Of a DNA stretch of 64,000 nt, positions 30,493-40,962 are shown piece by piece. Origin of the DNA: Candidatus Latescibacterota bacterium. Lineage in GTDB: Bacteria > Latescibacterota > UBA2968 > UBA8231. Each line of letters begins with the position of its first letter. Within the stretch, counting starts at the first letter, position 1. The stretch covers positions 980,631-1,044,630 of the forward strand of contig CBDCNM010000001.1 in the NCBI GenBank assembly GCA_965219385.1. The letters are read 5' to 3'. A program made the position numbers and the translations under genes. A model generated the notes under the pieces. It was not told where the DNA came from. It searched no databases and worked only from the letters and a program-made list of their open reading frames with translations.

Positions 30493-30602
30493 GAAGCCGT
30501 CTCAAAACCCCCCATATCCCGGCGATATGGGCGGATTCGCCCGCCTTGTCCGCCGCTTTTTCGTTCGGGCTCGGGGCTCACCAGAAATTTTAAGAGGGCT
30601 TC
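30493..30602. repeat. MITE family A copy (110 bp)
   Basis: GAAGCCGTCTCAAAA...TTTTAAGAGGGCTTC; internal similarity to the 62573 copy in reverse orientation. Confidence 0.75.
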
Positions 30603-30660
30603 TTAGACCTGTTGGACCCTGGAGGACTATTTCTGCCGAGCAGCACTAGAAAATCCGCAA

Positions 30661-31839
30661 ATGACCATGAACTTGTTGCTGATCTCCATCGATAGCTTGC
30701 GGCTGGATTGCGTATCGCGTACCAATCCCGCCATTCATACTCCCTGTTTTGACCAGCTTACTCGCAACTTCTGGTTTTGCGAACGTCTTTTTTCCCCCTC
30801 CTCTGCTACGCGACCGGTGCACGCCTCTCTATTCACCGGCCTTTATCCTTTCGAACATGGGGTACTCGGGCAGGGGTCTCCTCGGATGCGTTCGGGCCTT
30901 TCTCACCTTTTTGAGCTTTTTGACCAGAAAGACTATGCGACTAGGGGGTATTCGGAAGCCCAGGTCATCTTTGAAGGCCTGGATTTCGCCCCCTGGATAC
31001 AGCAATTCTCCCGCAATCCAGCCAGACAGCTGGGAGCCTTTCTGAGCCACCCTACCCCCAAGTGCCTCTTCCTGCATTACTGGAGTACCCATACCCCTTA
31101 TGGCGCCGAAGATAACAGAGCCTTCGGTGAAACCGCACGGCTACTCTTTAGTGGACGACAGCATATCGTGCGCCAACGCTATCTACATGCAGTGGAAAAG
31201 GTATTTGAAAAAAAACTGGCCCCGTTGCTGGCTCAGCTGGATTTGAGCCAGTGGTGCGTCCTCATATTCGGCGACCACGGTGAGAGTTGGACCATGGAAG
31301 AGCCCTATCACGGCACGACCCTGAAAAACTCGGTGCTACGCGTCCCGCTCTATGTACACCTCCCCCGTTTAAAGGCCCAGGTCCCGACCCGACCCTTGCT
31401 CTCCATCATCGACTTGTTCCCCACCCTGGTCAATCTCTTCGAATTAAACCTGACCTACAAAGGCTACGGCCGCGATATCAGGCAGAATACCTGCTTCCCC
31501 TACCACCTGGCTCAGATCCACCCATTGCCGGGAAAGGACGACCTGACCGGTGAGGCAGCCCAGGAGCAGATACTCGGAGGCTACTACGCAGGTCCCCGTT
31601 GGGCGGTATTTGATGAACAGCGCAAGTTTACCTTTGAGGAAGGACGTGGAAAGGGAAGATTGGAACATACCCTGACCGAGGAAATGCTCGATGATCCAAG
31701 CATGGCCGCCCACTACAAGGAAGTCTATACCCGGATGCAGGCCGACTCGGCCTATGTCCATCTGCCCATTGAGCCAAGCCTCCCAACCCGGGAGAATCTG
31801 TTGCACCAGCGACTGCGAGATCTGGGTTATATGGAGTGA
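30661..31839 (+). CDS. Sulfatase/alkaline-phosphatase superfamily hydrolase
   Basis: NLLLISIDSLR, ASLFTGLYP, THTPY, GDHGE, RLRDLGY. Confidence 0.82.
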   Translation: MTMNLLLISIDSLRLDCVSRTNPAIHTPCFDQLTRNFWFCERLFSPSSATRPVHASLFTGLYPFEHGVLGQGSPRMRSGLSHLFELFDQKDYATRGYSEAQVIFEGLDFAPWIQQFSRNPARQLGAFLSHPTPKCLFLHYWSTHTPYGAEDNRAFGETARLLFSGRQHIVRQRYLHAVEKVFEKKLAPLLAQLDLSQWCVLIFGDHGESWTMEEPYHGTTLKNSVLRVPLYVHLPRLKAQVPTRPLLSIIDLFPTLVNLFELNLTYKGYGRDIRQNTCFPYHLAQIHPLPGKDDLTGEAAQEQILGGYYAGPRWAVFDEQRKFTFEEGRGKGRLEHTLTEEMLDDPSMAAHYKEVYTRMQADSAYVHLPIEPSLPTRENLLHQRLRDLGYME

Positions 31840-32330
31840 GGATTCTCCACCTCTATCCGTATTACAACCCCGCTTTCCACATCCAGAATGACAAATGTGC
31901 TGGCCTCCAGTCGTCCCATAAGTTCTCCAGGATTGAGCAAGCGACAGGGCCCAACCCGCTCGTCGCAAGCCACGTGGTCGTGGCCGTAACACACCAGATC
32001 GTAGTGGCCCGCGGCAACCAGCCCCCGGGCAATCTGAGGGTAGTGGGTCATGGCCACATGCAATCCACCCAGGTCCAGGTCGGCCAGTTCACCGTGCAGC
32101 GCAACCTGCCCGAAGCGAGCGGCCTGCTCGGTCCGCAGCCACTTGTCCCCATCATTGTTCCCCCAGACCACATGGATGGGGCCGGAAAATCCCTCCGCCA
32201 ACTGCACCAGGGTAAAAGGAGCGCAAAAATCCCCACAAAAAAGGATGACATCCGCCTCCTACATCGGGGGAAGCGCCCGTTCAAGGACCCATATATTATC
32301 GTGAATATCCGAACAAATTGCGACCTTCAT
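31827..32330 (-). pseudogene. YfcE-like phosphoesterase with in-frame TAG at codon 24
   Basis: MKVAICSDIHDN...PPM*EADVILFCGDF...GNND...GHDH...NPGE, all in one frame. Confidence 0.8.
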
Positions 32331-32341
32331 AGGGTTGTCCT

Positions 32342-32962
32342 TTATTTTTTTGCAGGGTTGAAAACGGCGTACTGCTCGCCGAGCTCTGCAAAAACCTCCT
32401 GCCAGCGCGCCGCATACGAGGCGTGATCGTAGGTGGGCACAAAACCAAGTTTGAGGTAGGTCTTGATAGCGGGAATCCGGAAGTCATCGGTCCGCAGCAC
32501 TATGGGGCGCCGGGGCAAGGCCAGCGCCGATTCTATTGTTCGAGCAGTGACATGGCTACCCAGCCCCTTGCCGCGGTGGCCTGGATGTGAGGCCACCCAG
32601 CCGATTTCCCAGCTTTTTACCCCGCCAATCGTGCGGTCGTACACGCTGCCAAGGGCGCCAATTTCCCCCCCCACAACCACGAAAAACTGTGTTCCTTGCA
32701 CCAGATCTCCCTCGAGTTCCGCCCGGATTCTCTGCAAATCCCAAACCCCCAACTCGCCATTGGCATTGAGCGCCTCCATCCATCCACTTTCATCGCCCTC
32801 CTGGTAGGTGCGCAAGAGGTAGCCTTGTTCCAGTTTGCCAACCAGCGGAGCAATCTGGTGGGGATAGCGCATCAGCAACTGCGGCTTTGGCTGCTCTTTG
32901 TTGCTCCCCAGTGCTCGCTTGAGAAAATTTGTGAGGATTTTGCTGCCCGCCACTTTCAGCAC
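32342..32962 (-). CDS. GNAT acetyltransferase
   Basis: HRGKGLG; AIKTYLKLGF. Confidence 0.8.
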   Translation of the reverse strand: MLKVAGSKILTNFLKRALGSNKEQPKPQLLMRYPHQIAPLVGKLEQGYLLRTYQEGDESGWMEALNANGELGVWDLQRIRAELEGDLVQGTQFFVVVGGEIGALGSVYDRTIGGVKSWEIGWVASHPGHRGKGLGSHVTARTIESALALPRRPIVLRTDDFRIPAIKTYLKLGFVPTYDHASYAARWQEVFAELGEQYAVFNPAKK

Positions 32963-33376
32963 CTATTGATCGGCCTTGTTGCACCGATACAGAGAGGACT
33001 TGTACTTTTCCGGGAAATGAGGTTCCAACACCACGACCTCGCACTCGGGAAAGGCTTCCTTGAGCCCTGGGGGCGCCCCCTGGTCATACCCCAGGGCAAT
33101 GATCTGCGGCTGGATATCCGCCACTACCTTGAGAAAGTTTTGCGGCCCACCAGGATACCCTAGGCGCACATTGTTTATCTGTGCCAAACCTTCCAGCTTG
33201 GCCTTGCGCTCCTCTTCGCCCTGGTCCGGATAGCGGCCTTTGATGCGGCGCACATTTTCGTCCCGGGCCACCACCACGTACAGCTCCGAGCCCAGGGCCC
33301 CGGCCTGCTTTAAAAAAGATAGGTGGCCGGGATGCAAATAGTCGAATGTTCCACAGCACAAAACGCGTTTTCCCAT
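32963..33376 (-). CDS. Cytidylyltransferase-family protein, RibL-like FAD synthase
   Basis: GTFDYLHPGH, VVVARD, IALGYDQ, KSS. Confidence 0.8.
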   Translation of the reverse strand: MGKRVLCCGTFDYLHPGHLSFLKQAGALGSELYVVVARDENVRRIKGRYPDQGEEERKAKLEGLAQINNVRLGYPGGPQNFLKVVADIQPQIIALGYDQGAPPGLKEAFPECEVVVLEPHFPEKYKSSLYRCNKADQ

Positions 33377-33398
33377 GAATCCCCCAGCCCTTGGAAGA

Positions 33399-33917
33399 TC
33401 AGAATTTTTCATTGGCCCTGCGGTCAACCCAAAAATCCATATCTCTATCCTGTTTGAAGATGGCGCCGAAGCGACGGGCATCGGACCGGGTTTTGAAATA
33501 GCCGATGCGCACCCTTGTGCCTTTTTTGCCGGGATTGGGGACAGCGTACGCGGGGTAGCCTTCTGCAGTGAGTTCGCGCACCATACGACGAGCGGTCTGG
33601 GCATCCGCATAGACCCCTACCTGCACGGTGAACTCCCCTTCTGGGTCGTAGTACACCGGTGCATTCGTTGCGTCGGGGGCATCCTTTGGTATCAATGCAT
33701 GTTCCGCACCCGACGCTTCTTCAGTTTGGTCAATTTCCTGTGTTTGTGGGACCTTTTCGGCTTGTGGAGTTTCTACGATCACTAGCTCATAGCGCTCTTC
33801 AGCTTCTTCCTCTTCCAGCCCCAATTCGTCCCGGGAATCGATTTCCCCGCTTCCACACCCCCCCAACCCCCATAAAAGAACACCGGATAAAAACCATTGC
33901 CAGCTCCTAGCGTACAT
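33399..33917 (-). CDS. SPOR-domain lipoprotein
   Basis: Lipobox LGGC; FTVQVGVY...RVRIGYF. Confidence 0.8.
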   Translation of the reverse strand: MYARSWQWFLSGVLLWGLGGCGSGEIDSRDELGLEEEEAEERYELVIVETPQAEKVPQTQEIDQTEEASGAEHALIPKDAPDATNAPVYYDPEGEFTVQVGVYADAQTARRMVRELTAEGYPAYAVPNPGKKGTRVRIGYFKTRSDARRFGAIFKQDRDMDFWVDRRANEKF

Positions 33918-33934
33918 ATCTCCAGATGCTACGA

Positions 33935-35221
33935 TCAATGGACTGTTTTCAGGGCTTCGTAGTGGACCCGCAAGGTCTGATCGATATCCTGATCCGTATG
34001 CACTGCAGAAGGAAACATGCATTCGAATTGGGATGGCGCCAGGTAAATCCCCCTTTTTAAGGATTCCCAGAAGTAGTGTTTGAAGCGTTCTGTATCCGCC
34101 CTCGAGGCGCTGTGAAAATCCCTCACCTCCGCATCCACAAAGAACATGCACATCATGGCCCCTACCTGATTTACCGCATAGTTGAGCCCCAGGGTTTTCA
34201 AGTTCTCTTTAATCCCCTCTCCCAGCCTTTGCGATATATCCCCGAGCCGCTGGTACACCCCCGGCTCGGACAGCATCTTCAGCTGCGTGAGACCGGCGTG
34301 CATCGCCAGAGGATTGCCCGAAAGGGTGCCGGCCTGGGTTATCTTCTTGCCCAGGGGCGAAACCTCCTGCATGATCTCCTTCTTGCCCCCATACGCCCCT
34401 ACGGGCAGGCCCCCGCCGACGATCTTCCCCAGGCAGGTCATATCCGGTACGACCCCGTAGTATTCCTGGGCGCCCCCGGGTCCCAGACGGAAACCGGTGA
34501 CCACCTCGTCAAAAATCAGCACCATGCCCTGGTCGTGGGAAATTTCCCTCAAGCCTTCCAGGAAGCCTTCGCGCGGAGGCACCGTGCCCATATTGCCCGC
34601 CACGGGCTCGACTATGAGCGCAGCGATCTCACCAGGGTTTTTCAGGGTTGCCCGTTCGACCGCGGCAAGGTCGTTGAAGGGCAGGGTGATGGTATCGGAG
34701 GCAACCCCCTGGGGAATCCCGGGACTATCGGGGGCCCCAAGAGTCAGGGCCGAAGACCCTGCTTTGATCAGGAAGCTGTCACCATGGCCGTGCCACCCCC
34801 CTTCAAATTTGATTATCTTGGAGCGCTCGGTATAGCCTCTGGCCACGCGGATGGCCGCCATGGTGGCCTCAGTGCCCGAATTGACCATTCGGACCATTTC
34901 AATGGATGGCACCATCTTCACTATCTGTCTGGCCAGATCGACTTCGACTTCTGTAGGGGCTCCAAAGCTGGTACCCCGGTCACAGGCCTCCTTTACCGCT
35001 TGCGTGACCTGTGGATGGGCATGCCCGAAGATCAGTGGCCCCCATGAACACACGTAATCTATGTATTCCCTCCCATCGATATCGAAGATATGGGCTCCCC
35101 AACCATGGCTGATAAAGGGGGGGCCTCCTCCAACAGCGCCAAAAGCCCGTGCTGGACTGTTCACCCCACCGGGGATAAAATCGCCCGCTGCTGCAAAGGC
35201 CCGCTCAGATTTACTTTCCAC
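33935..35221 (-). CDS. hemL: Glutamate-1-semialdehyde 2,1-aminomutase
   Basis: IPGGVNSPARAF, NSGTEAT, FDEVVTGFR, LGKIVGGG. Confidence 0.96.
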   Translation of the reverse strand: MESKSERAFAAAGDFIPGGVNSPARAFGAVGGGPPFISHGWGAHIFDIDGREYIDYVCSWGPLIFGHAHPQVTQAVKEACDRGTSFGAPTEVEVDLARQIVKMVPSIEMVRMVNSGTEATMAAIRVARGYTERSKIIKFEGGWHGHGDSFLIKAGSSALTLGAPDSPGIPQGVASDTITLPFNDLAAVERATLKNPGEIAALIVEPVAGNMGTVPPREGFLEGLREISHDQGMVLIFDEVVTGFRLGPGGAQEYYGVVPDMTCLGKIVGGGLPVGAYGGKKEIMQEVSPLGKKITQAGTLSGNPLAMHAGLTQLKMLSEPGVYQRLGDISQRLGEGIKENLKTLGLNYAVNQVGAMMCMFFVDAEVRDFHSASRADTERFKHYFWESLKRGIYLAPSQFECMFPSAVHTDQDIDQTLRVHYEALKTVH

Positions 35222-35331
35222 CTACCTCATCCTGTTGTCTTAAGAAGCCTTCTTAAAATTCCCGGTGTGCCTTCCCATAATACCACAAAAATAGATTAAA
35301 ATCAACCTTTTACGCATCTATGCTGCTTGCT

Positions 35332-36420
35332 TTAGACACCCGGCGCCCTTTCGATATGCAGCAGGTCCAACCCGGATTCGTCCTCCTCAAGGCGTTCGAG
35401 CAGGAAAATTGCGTACTTTCGCGCCTTTAAGGATATTGGCAGACCGGCCATGATTGCAAAGGGCCAATCAGCCGTCTGCAGGACCGTTAGGAATCCGCGT
35501 GGGTCGGCCACGAGCAGAGCGCCTACCCCACCAGGGCGCAGGATACGAGCCGATTCCTCCATTTGCCTATAACATTCCTCCTTAAACCCCCTGTCTTTGC
35601 TTGTGGGCACCATGCCCAACAAACAGTCTACGCTTTTTGCCGCCAGGGGTAATTCGTCCATGCTGCCGGCCAACCACACCTGGTTCCGCTCGAACGCCTT
35701 TGCCGTAACTAGGCGGGCCCGGTCGTGGTGGCAGGCGATCAGGAGATGGGGGTCGTTTACCTGCTGAAGTTGATCCAGCCCATCCTTCCCACAATCCAGT
35801 ACCACTACAATATCTTCTTCCTGGATGTCGAGGATCAGGGCGAGGCAGTAGGCCAAACTGCCCCCCAGCCCCTCTCTTTCCACCGAAGTATACCGAGGTC
35901 TACCTGCGGGAACCCGCAAACTAAAAAGAGCCCGCCGGCCAGCGACCTGCAGGTGGAACTGCATCGAATCTTTGCCGTTTCCAGGCCTGAGGCCATGGTG
36001 CTGGACCAGAAGCTTCTGTATAGACCGCGCAAGTTCCGCCCGGGTAAAGCGGTGTGCTCCTTGCAGTGTGACATTGAGTTGAAACTTTTCTGCGTTTAGA
36101 GACGCACCAAAGACCTGCGCCAGCCGTATGGCCGGACGCATTTCCAGTCGGCGAATCTTCCCGCACAAGTAGTCGAGCCCCGGGCGGCCAGCGGTTACTC
36201 TGTGAATCTCCGCCAGTACAGCAAAAATACCCTCCACCGAACGCAGCTTTAACAGTTGTTGCGGGCTGCGATAATACTTGAAGAAAATCCGCCCGTACCT
36301 CTTACCATGCTCCACGTGGACCTGTTGTATATCCTGCAAATGGGCCGACAAATCGTCGAGGACCACTTCTTCCAGCCCCCCGATTGTGGTTGCATAATAA
36401 TGGTACAGCTTTTCACCCAT
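35332..36420 (-). CDS. THUMP-like/methyltransferase-fold protein (divergent)
   Basis: YATTIGGLEEVV N-terminus; ESARILRPGG. Confidence 0.55.
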   Translation of the reverse strand: MGEKLYHYYATTIGGLEEVVLDDLSAHLQDIQQVHVEHGKRYGRIFFKYYRSPQQLLKLRSVEGIFAVLAEIHRVTAGRPGLDYLCGKIRRLEMRPAIRLAQVFGASLNAEKFQLNVTLQGAHRFTRAELARSIQKLLVQHHGLRPGNGKDSMQFHLQVAGRRALFSLRVPAGRPRYTSVEREGLGGSLAYCLALILDIQEEDIVVVLDCGKDGLDQLQQVNDPHLLIACHHDRARLVTAKAFERNQVWLAGSMDELPLAAKSVDCLLGMVPTSKDRGFKEECYRQMEESARILRPGGVGALLVADPRGFLTVLQTADWPFAIMAGLPISLKARKYAIFLLERLEEDESGLDLLHIERAPGV

Positions 36421-36434
36421 TCACTGCCCCCATC

Positions 36435-37724
36435 CTACCCCATGGGTTTTACCAGGGAAATGCCGTAACTCCCCGGGTCAATCCAAGAACCCAGACATTC
36501 CAGGATATCCTGGGTGGACAGGGCCTCGTGCGCCTTCAAAAAGTCAAACGGGTGTGCCCCCCGGCTCACCGCACTGTGCATCAAAGAGGCACAGCTTTCG
36601 ACCTGGTCAAAGTGTTGCACCAGATGCCCGTATGCCTTGCGCCTGGCACGCGGAAAATCTCTTTCTATCAGATCTCCTTTCCTGGCCTCGTGTATTTGTT
36701 CAATAATTGCTTCCTCCAGTTCCATGGGCCGGGGCACATCCCCACCCACCAGGCAGAATCCGAATTCTGGTTCGGCGTATACCTCACATCCAAAGCTCTC
36801 TACATCGATCAACCCATTCTCGTGATATCTGCGGTAGAAAATACTCGATGGTCCGAACAAAATATCCAGCGCCAACTCGGCGGCCAGTTCCCGGCGGAGC
36901 AGATCCACCCCCTTCACCTCCCCCCTCCGATCTTTGAACCCCAGGCACATGCGAGGCTGGACGATCTGGAGGCTGGACTCCTGAGGACCGGAGACTGGAT
37001 CCAGGGATTCTTTGACCGGTGGGCGCTTATACGGCAGACCATTGGCAAGTGCTCGTCGGCCGATAAAAGCCGACACCTGATCCAGCAGCCTTTTTGCTTC
37101 GACATCTCCGCTTACAAAAAGGCTCATATTTCCTGGGTGGTAGAAGGTCTGATGACACAGATCCAGGGAAGCAATATCGATTTGGCGGATGCTCTCCTGG
37201 GTTCCGGCCATGTCTACCGTGAGTGGATGTTCCCGGTACAAAGCCCGCAAGGTAGAAAAAAAGCTGACCCATTCCAGGCTATCGCTATACAGCTGAAGCT
37301 CCCTTGCTATAATCTCGCGCTCCCTTTGCACCCCTTCGACCATCAACTGGGGGCGAAGTACAAAACCCAACAACAGGTCTAAGCTTTGATCGAATCGGTC
37401 GATGCAGGAAAAAAATAGGCGGTGTTGGTAAAACTGGTATGGGCATTCACCTCAGCCCCGAGCGCCGTGAATAACTCAGCGATATCTCTTCCCGATCTTT
37501 CAAATACTCGATGTTCGAGAAAATGAGCTACGCCGTCGGGGACCTGGGTGTACTTTCCACTCCCAGGCAATTCAAAAATGCGGTCAATCGAGCCGTAGTT
37601 GACGGCCAGGATGGCGTGTTTACTACTCATTCCTTATCTTTGGCATAACGTAAAGATCAAGCCCGGCTGGTAAAACTGCATGATAGAAATGCTCAGCCAG
37701 CAATTCATTCACGATCTGTTTCAC
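36435..37724 (-). pseudogene. M16 peptidase, YmfH-like (HXXEH), two frameshifts
   Basis: Fragments GLDLYVMPK / NYGSID...AHFLEH...NAHTS / FYHPGNM; breaks near 37634 and at a T7 run near 37410. Confidence 0.8.
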
Positions 37725-37744
37725 AACCTGGATTGGCCCTTTCT

Positions 37745-39970
37745 TCAGTAAAATCGGACTATCCCCGGCCAAAGGCCGGGGCTTTTCTCCCGACTCGTGG
37801 CTCCGCCGCCGCGATTTCTAAAGCCCTCCCTACACCGCCCGCATTCATCCCCGCCCACAGGCCACAGGCCGGGGCATTCTGCGAGATTTTCGTAAAGGAA
37901 AAAAGTGGTGTCGAGTTTCACCTTCCGGGCTACATCGCTTACCTTTTCACAGGTCACGGTTTCGAGACTTTTCTCGAACTTGAAGCGGGATGGATGTGCC
38001 CCTACCAGGCTGTACTGGAGACAAAACCGCACCAGTCTTTCCCGATTGTCTTGCAAGGCCTGCAAGCGTTTTACAAGCAGACCCCGCGCCCACTCCAATT
38101 CGTCTGCATGGAGTCTGTTCCGAATCGAAGCTAATTGCTCGTTTATCTTTGCACAGACCGCCGGGTAGTCGTCCCGGTCTACGCCGGCACTAACAAACAT
38201 CAAGCCGCAAATGGGTTCGAGGTGGGACTCGATAAAATAGCACAGACCGGCCTCTTCCCGAACACATCTGAACAACTTCGAATGGACGTCCCCCCCCAAG
38301 AGGGCATTGAGTACTACCAGGGCGGGAAACTCCTCGTCGAGGATACTGATCCCGGTTCGGTACCCCTGAACAAGCTTTCCTTGATTTATTCCCTGTGATT
38401 CTCGAAATTCGCGGCAGCCGACTACATCTTTTGCACGCGGGACTCGCAGGTTGGATTGGGCAATTTTCCGTTCAGCCGGGAAAAGATTTTCGCACAATTT
38501 GACCAGCCGACTCCGATCCGCCCGTCCACTGATGAACACGTCTATGGGATTATACGTTAATAGTCTTTGGTGGAAGCTCAGTAAATTGGTGGCACTGATT
38601 CCCTGGAAATCGCACGGATCTCCCAGCATTGAAAGTCCGTAGGGTTCATCGCGACACATAGCCTTGATACAGCGGTGCTGGGCGTAAGCCATTTTGTCGT
38701 TGTAGAGTGAATCGATGTTTACTCTTAAGGCCTTTTTCTCCTGCTGCAGATAGTCCCGCCTGAATCCTCTACCTTCCAGGATAGGGTGGTAGAGAACCTC
38801 GTGGAGAAATTCGAATCCCCTGCCCAGCAGATCTTCTTTGTCATGCAGAAAGCACTCATCCACCACCTTTAGGGAAAGGTGGATCAACTGGCGATCGCCC
38901 AGTTGTTCCAAGTCGACGGAAAAGGATGCACCGTACATTTCGTCGACGCAGCGATTCAGGCTCTGCATGTCCGGCCATTGCCGGGTACCGCGTTCCAGTA
39001 GACGTCCTATCAAGGCCACGCGGGTGTTGTACTTTTTTTTGAGCAATGCCTGAACGAAAATATCCACTGTAGTGGATTTGTAATTCTGGATTTGGTGGTC
39101 GGGTAGCCGGGAAGTGTCACCACCTCCCGGCCCCCTAAGAACCGTGCGTGCGACTTTCACCGCACACGGCTCAAGCAGACGGCTTCTCTTCACCGTCGTG
39201 AAGTCCTCTGTTGGACGACCTCCGATCATGGGCCTTTCAGCCTCCAAGGTCTGCGTACCGGCCTGTTTCCCGGTATCTGAGCATCTCCTTGGATAAGTGA
39301 TCTTTGGGGCCTTCATGGTCCGTCCACCGGTTGCGCGTCAGCACCCTTTCGGGTTGGGTATGGCCCTATCTGGCGGGTTATGATTTCCCCGTGCCTTTCG
39401 GCGGCCAGCCTTCGCTTCTCGCAACATCCTGTTCCCCCTGAGGAGTTCGCCCTTCCTTGCGGTTGGGTTACTGGATCGGGACGATCCCGTCTCAGACCTC
39501 ATTGGGGTTTCGCTTTTCCGCATAAGTAAGATACAGCCAACGTAGGAGCCTACTATACGCCGGGGTCTGTGGTGTGCGCTCGGGGACAATAAAACTTCCC
39601 CTGTCACTTTTGGCGACCAAGACCATGAGAAATGTCTTTTTCACGTTTGACCCATTACGGCATTATCAGCCACGCTTCTACCGCTAACCTTTACGACGCT
39701 TACATAGGTTCACTTTCGTTCTCCCTATTGGCTTTTGCCTTGCCCTGGGTTGATTCGTGGCTACCTGCACATTAGGCTTTTTGTCTCTTGCTTCCAACCC
39801 TCCCGTTACCGGGAACGCAGGAGAGACCGGCAATTAACCTGCACACTGGTTAAGAATCACTAACTGCGTGATTCTACTCATCTTATGCGACTTAAAGCTC
39901 GCACTATATATAGGTTTATGCCGTTTTTCAGAACCAGGTTTTCAAAATCATCCTGCTCGAATTTCTGCAT
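37745..39970 (-). CDS. M16 peptidase, YmfF-like; spliced, exons 39905-39970 and 37745-39097
   Basis: Intron removal gives KNGINLYI|HQIQNYKSTTVDIF in frame; SKLFRCVREEAGLCY. Confidence 0.85.
37748..37891 (-). mobile_element. IS200/IS605-type MITE (PATE), 144 bp
   Basis: Subterminal hairpins GCCCCGGCCTGTGG... and GCCCCGGCCTTTGGCCGGGG; TTAC at both junctions; removal restores FLY-TGA. Confidence 0.75.
39098..39904 (-). mobile_element. ORF-less group II intron (IIB-like), 807 nt
   Basis: 5' GTGCG; DV GAGCCGTGTGCGGTGAAAGTCGCACGCACGGTTC; DVI hairpin ending CCCGAC; no RT ORF. Confidence 0.92.
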
Positions 39971-40093
39971 TTCTCCACTGCTTTACTGATATCACTACAC
40001 TTGCCCACAACCTAACATCCAATTTAATTTAGCTTTGCTCCCGGCCTGTGGGGGTTAGAGCGCCAAACCTGTAAAATCCACCTGTCGAGCTTA

Positions 40094-40152
40094 GAAGCCG
40101 TCTCAAAACCCCCGGCGACCTTCGGGCGCACCAGGAATTTTAACAAGGCCTC
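40094..40152. repeat. MITE family A copy (59 bp)
   Basis: TTA|GAAGCCGTCTCAAAA...TTTTAACAAGGCCTC|TTA. Confidence 0.7.
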
Positions 40153-40162
40153 TTACTGTAGC

Positions 40163-40903
40163 ATGAATGCCCTGGACAACATCAGTATCGTGCTGGTGGA
40201 GCCCGCCAATCCGGGCAATATCGGCGCCACGGCACGGGTATTGAAAAATACCGGTTTATCCCGCCTGATTCTGGTAAACCCGGGCGCATGGGATACTCCG
40301 GAAACCCGCTGGATGGCCCATGGTTCCGAGGAGATCCTCGAGGCGTGCGAAATTCATCCCGATCTGCCCAGCGCCATCGCTCAGGCCCATTTCGTCATCG
40401 GTGCCACGCACCGTTTGGGACGTTTCCGCGATGTTATTTCGACCCCCCGCGAAGCCATCACCAAACTGGCCCCCAAGGCCTACCACTGCCAGATAGCCGT
40501 TGTATTTGGCCGCGAAAAGGATGGACTCTGGCGCAGTGAACTTCTGCACTGTCATCAACTGGTCCGCTTCCCCTCTGCCGTTTCCTACCCTTCCTTGAAT
40601 TTATCACATGCTGTGCTCCTTTTTGCTTATGAATTCTTTCACGTGCTGAAACCTGTCCCCTCCTCTCCTCCCGCCAACCTTTCGACGGCAGCGGACCGGG
40701 AAAGACTCTATGCCCACATTGGCGAGGCCATGGAAGCAATCGATTTCCGACCTTATAACGACGATCCCAATAATTTTGCCCACGCCTTGCGCCGTTTCTT
40801 CAATCGAGTCCCACTAGAGAAACGGGATGCCATGGTAATCCATAAAATTTGCGGCCAGATCCGCAAATTTGCCGCTCGCCACCGCGCCTCTTCACCTTCA
40901 TAA
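40163..40903 (+). CDS. trmJ: TrmJ/LasT-family SPOUT RNA methyltransferase
   Basis: NPGNIGATAR, VFGREKDGL, SLNLSHAV. Confidence 0.88.
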   Translation: MNALDNISIVLVEPANPGNIGATARVLKNTGLSRLILVNPGAWDTPETRWMAHGSEEILEACEIHPDLPSAIAQAHFVIGATHRLGRFRDVISTPREAITKLAPKAYHCQIAVVFGREKDGLWRSELLHCHQLVRFPSAVSYPSLNLSHAVLLFAYEFFHVLKPVPSSPPANLSTAADRERLYAHIGEAMEAIDFRPYNDDPNNFAHALRRFFNRVPLEKRDAMVIHKICGQIRKFAARHRASSPS

Positions 40904-40962
40904 GTTGCCTCCTGCAGAATCCCTGGAGCGGAAGGGGCGCCCTCGACACAGTAGGAGCAAAG

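Noticed and set aside
34076..37382. Long plus-strand ORFs (323 aa and 332 aa)
   Set aside because: Antisense to hemL and the M16 peptidase; no recognisable motifs.
39098..39904. Retron, DGR or intron-encoded reverse transcriptase
   Set aside because: No RT (YADD) ORF seen in the intron or elsewhere in the window.
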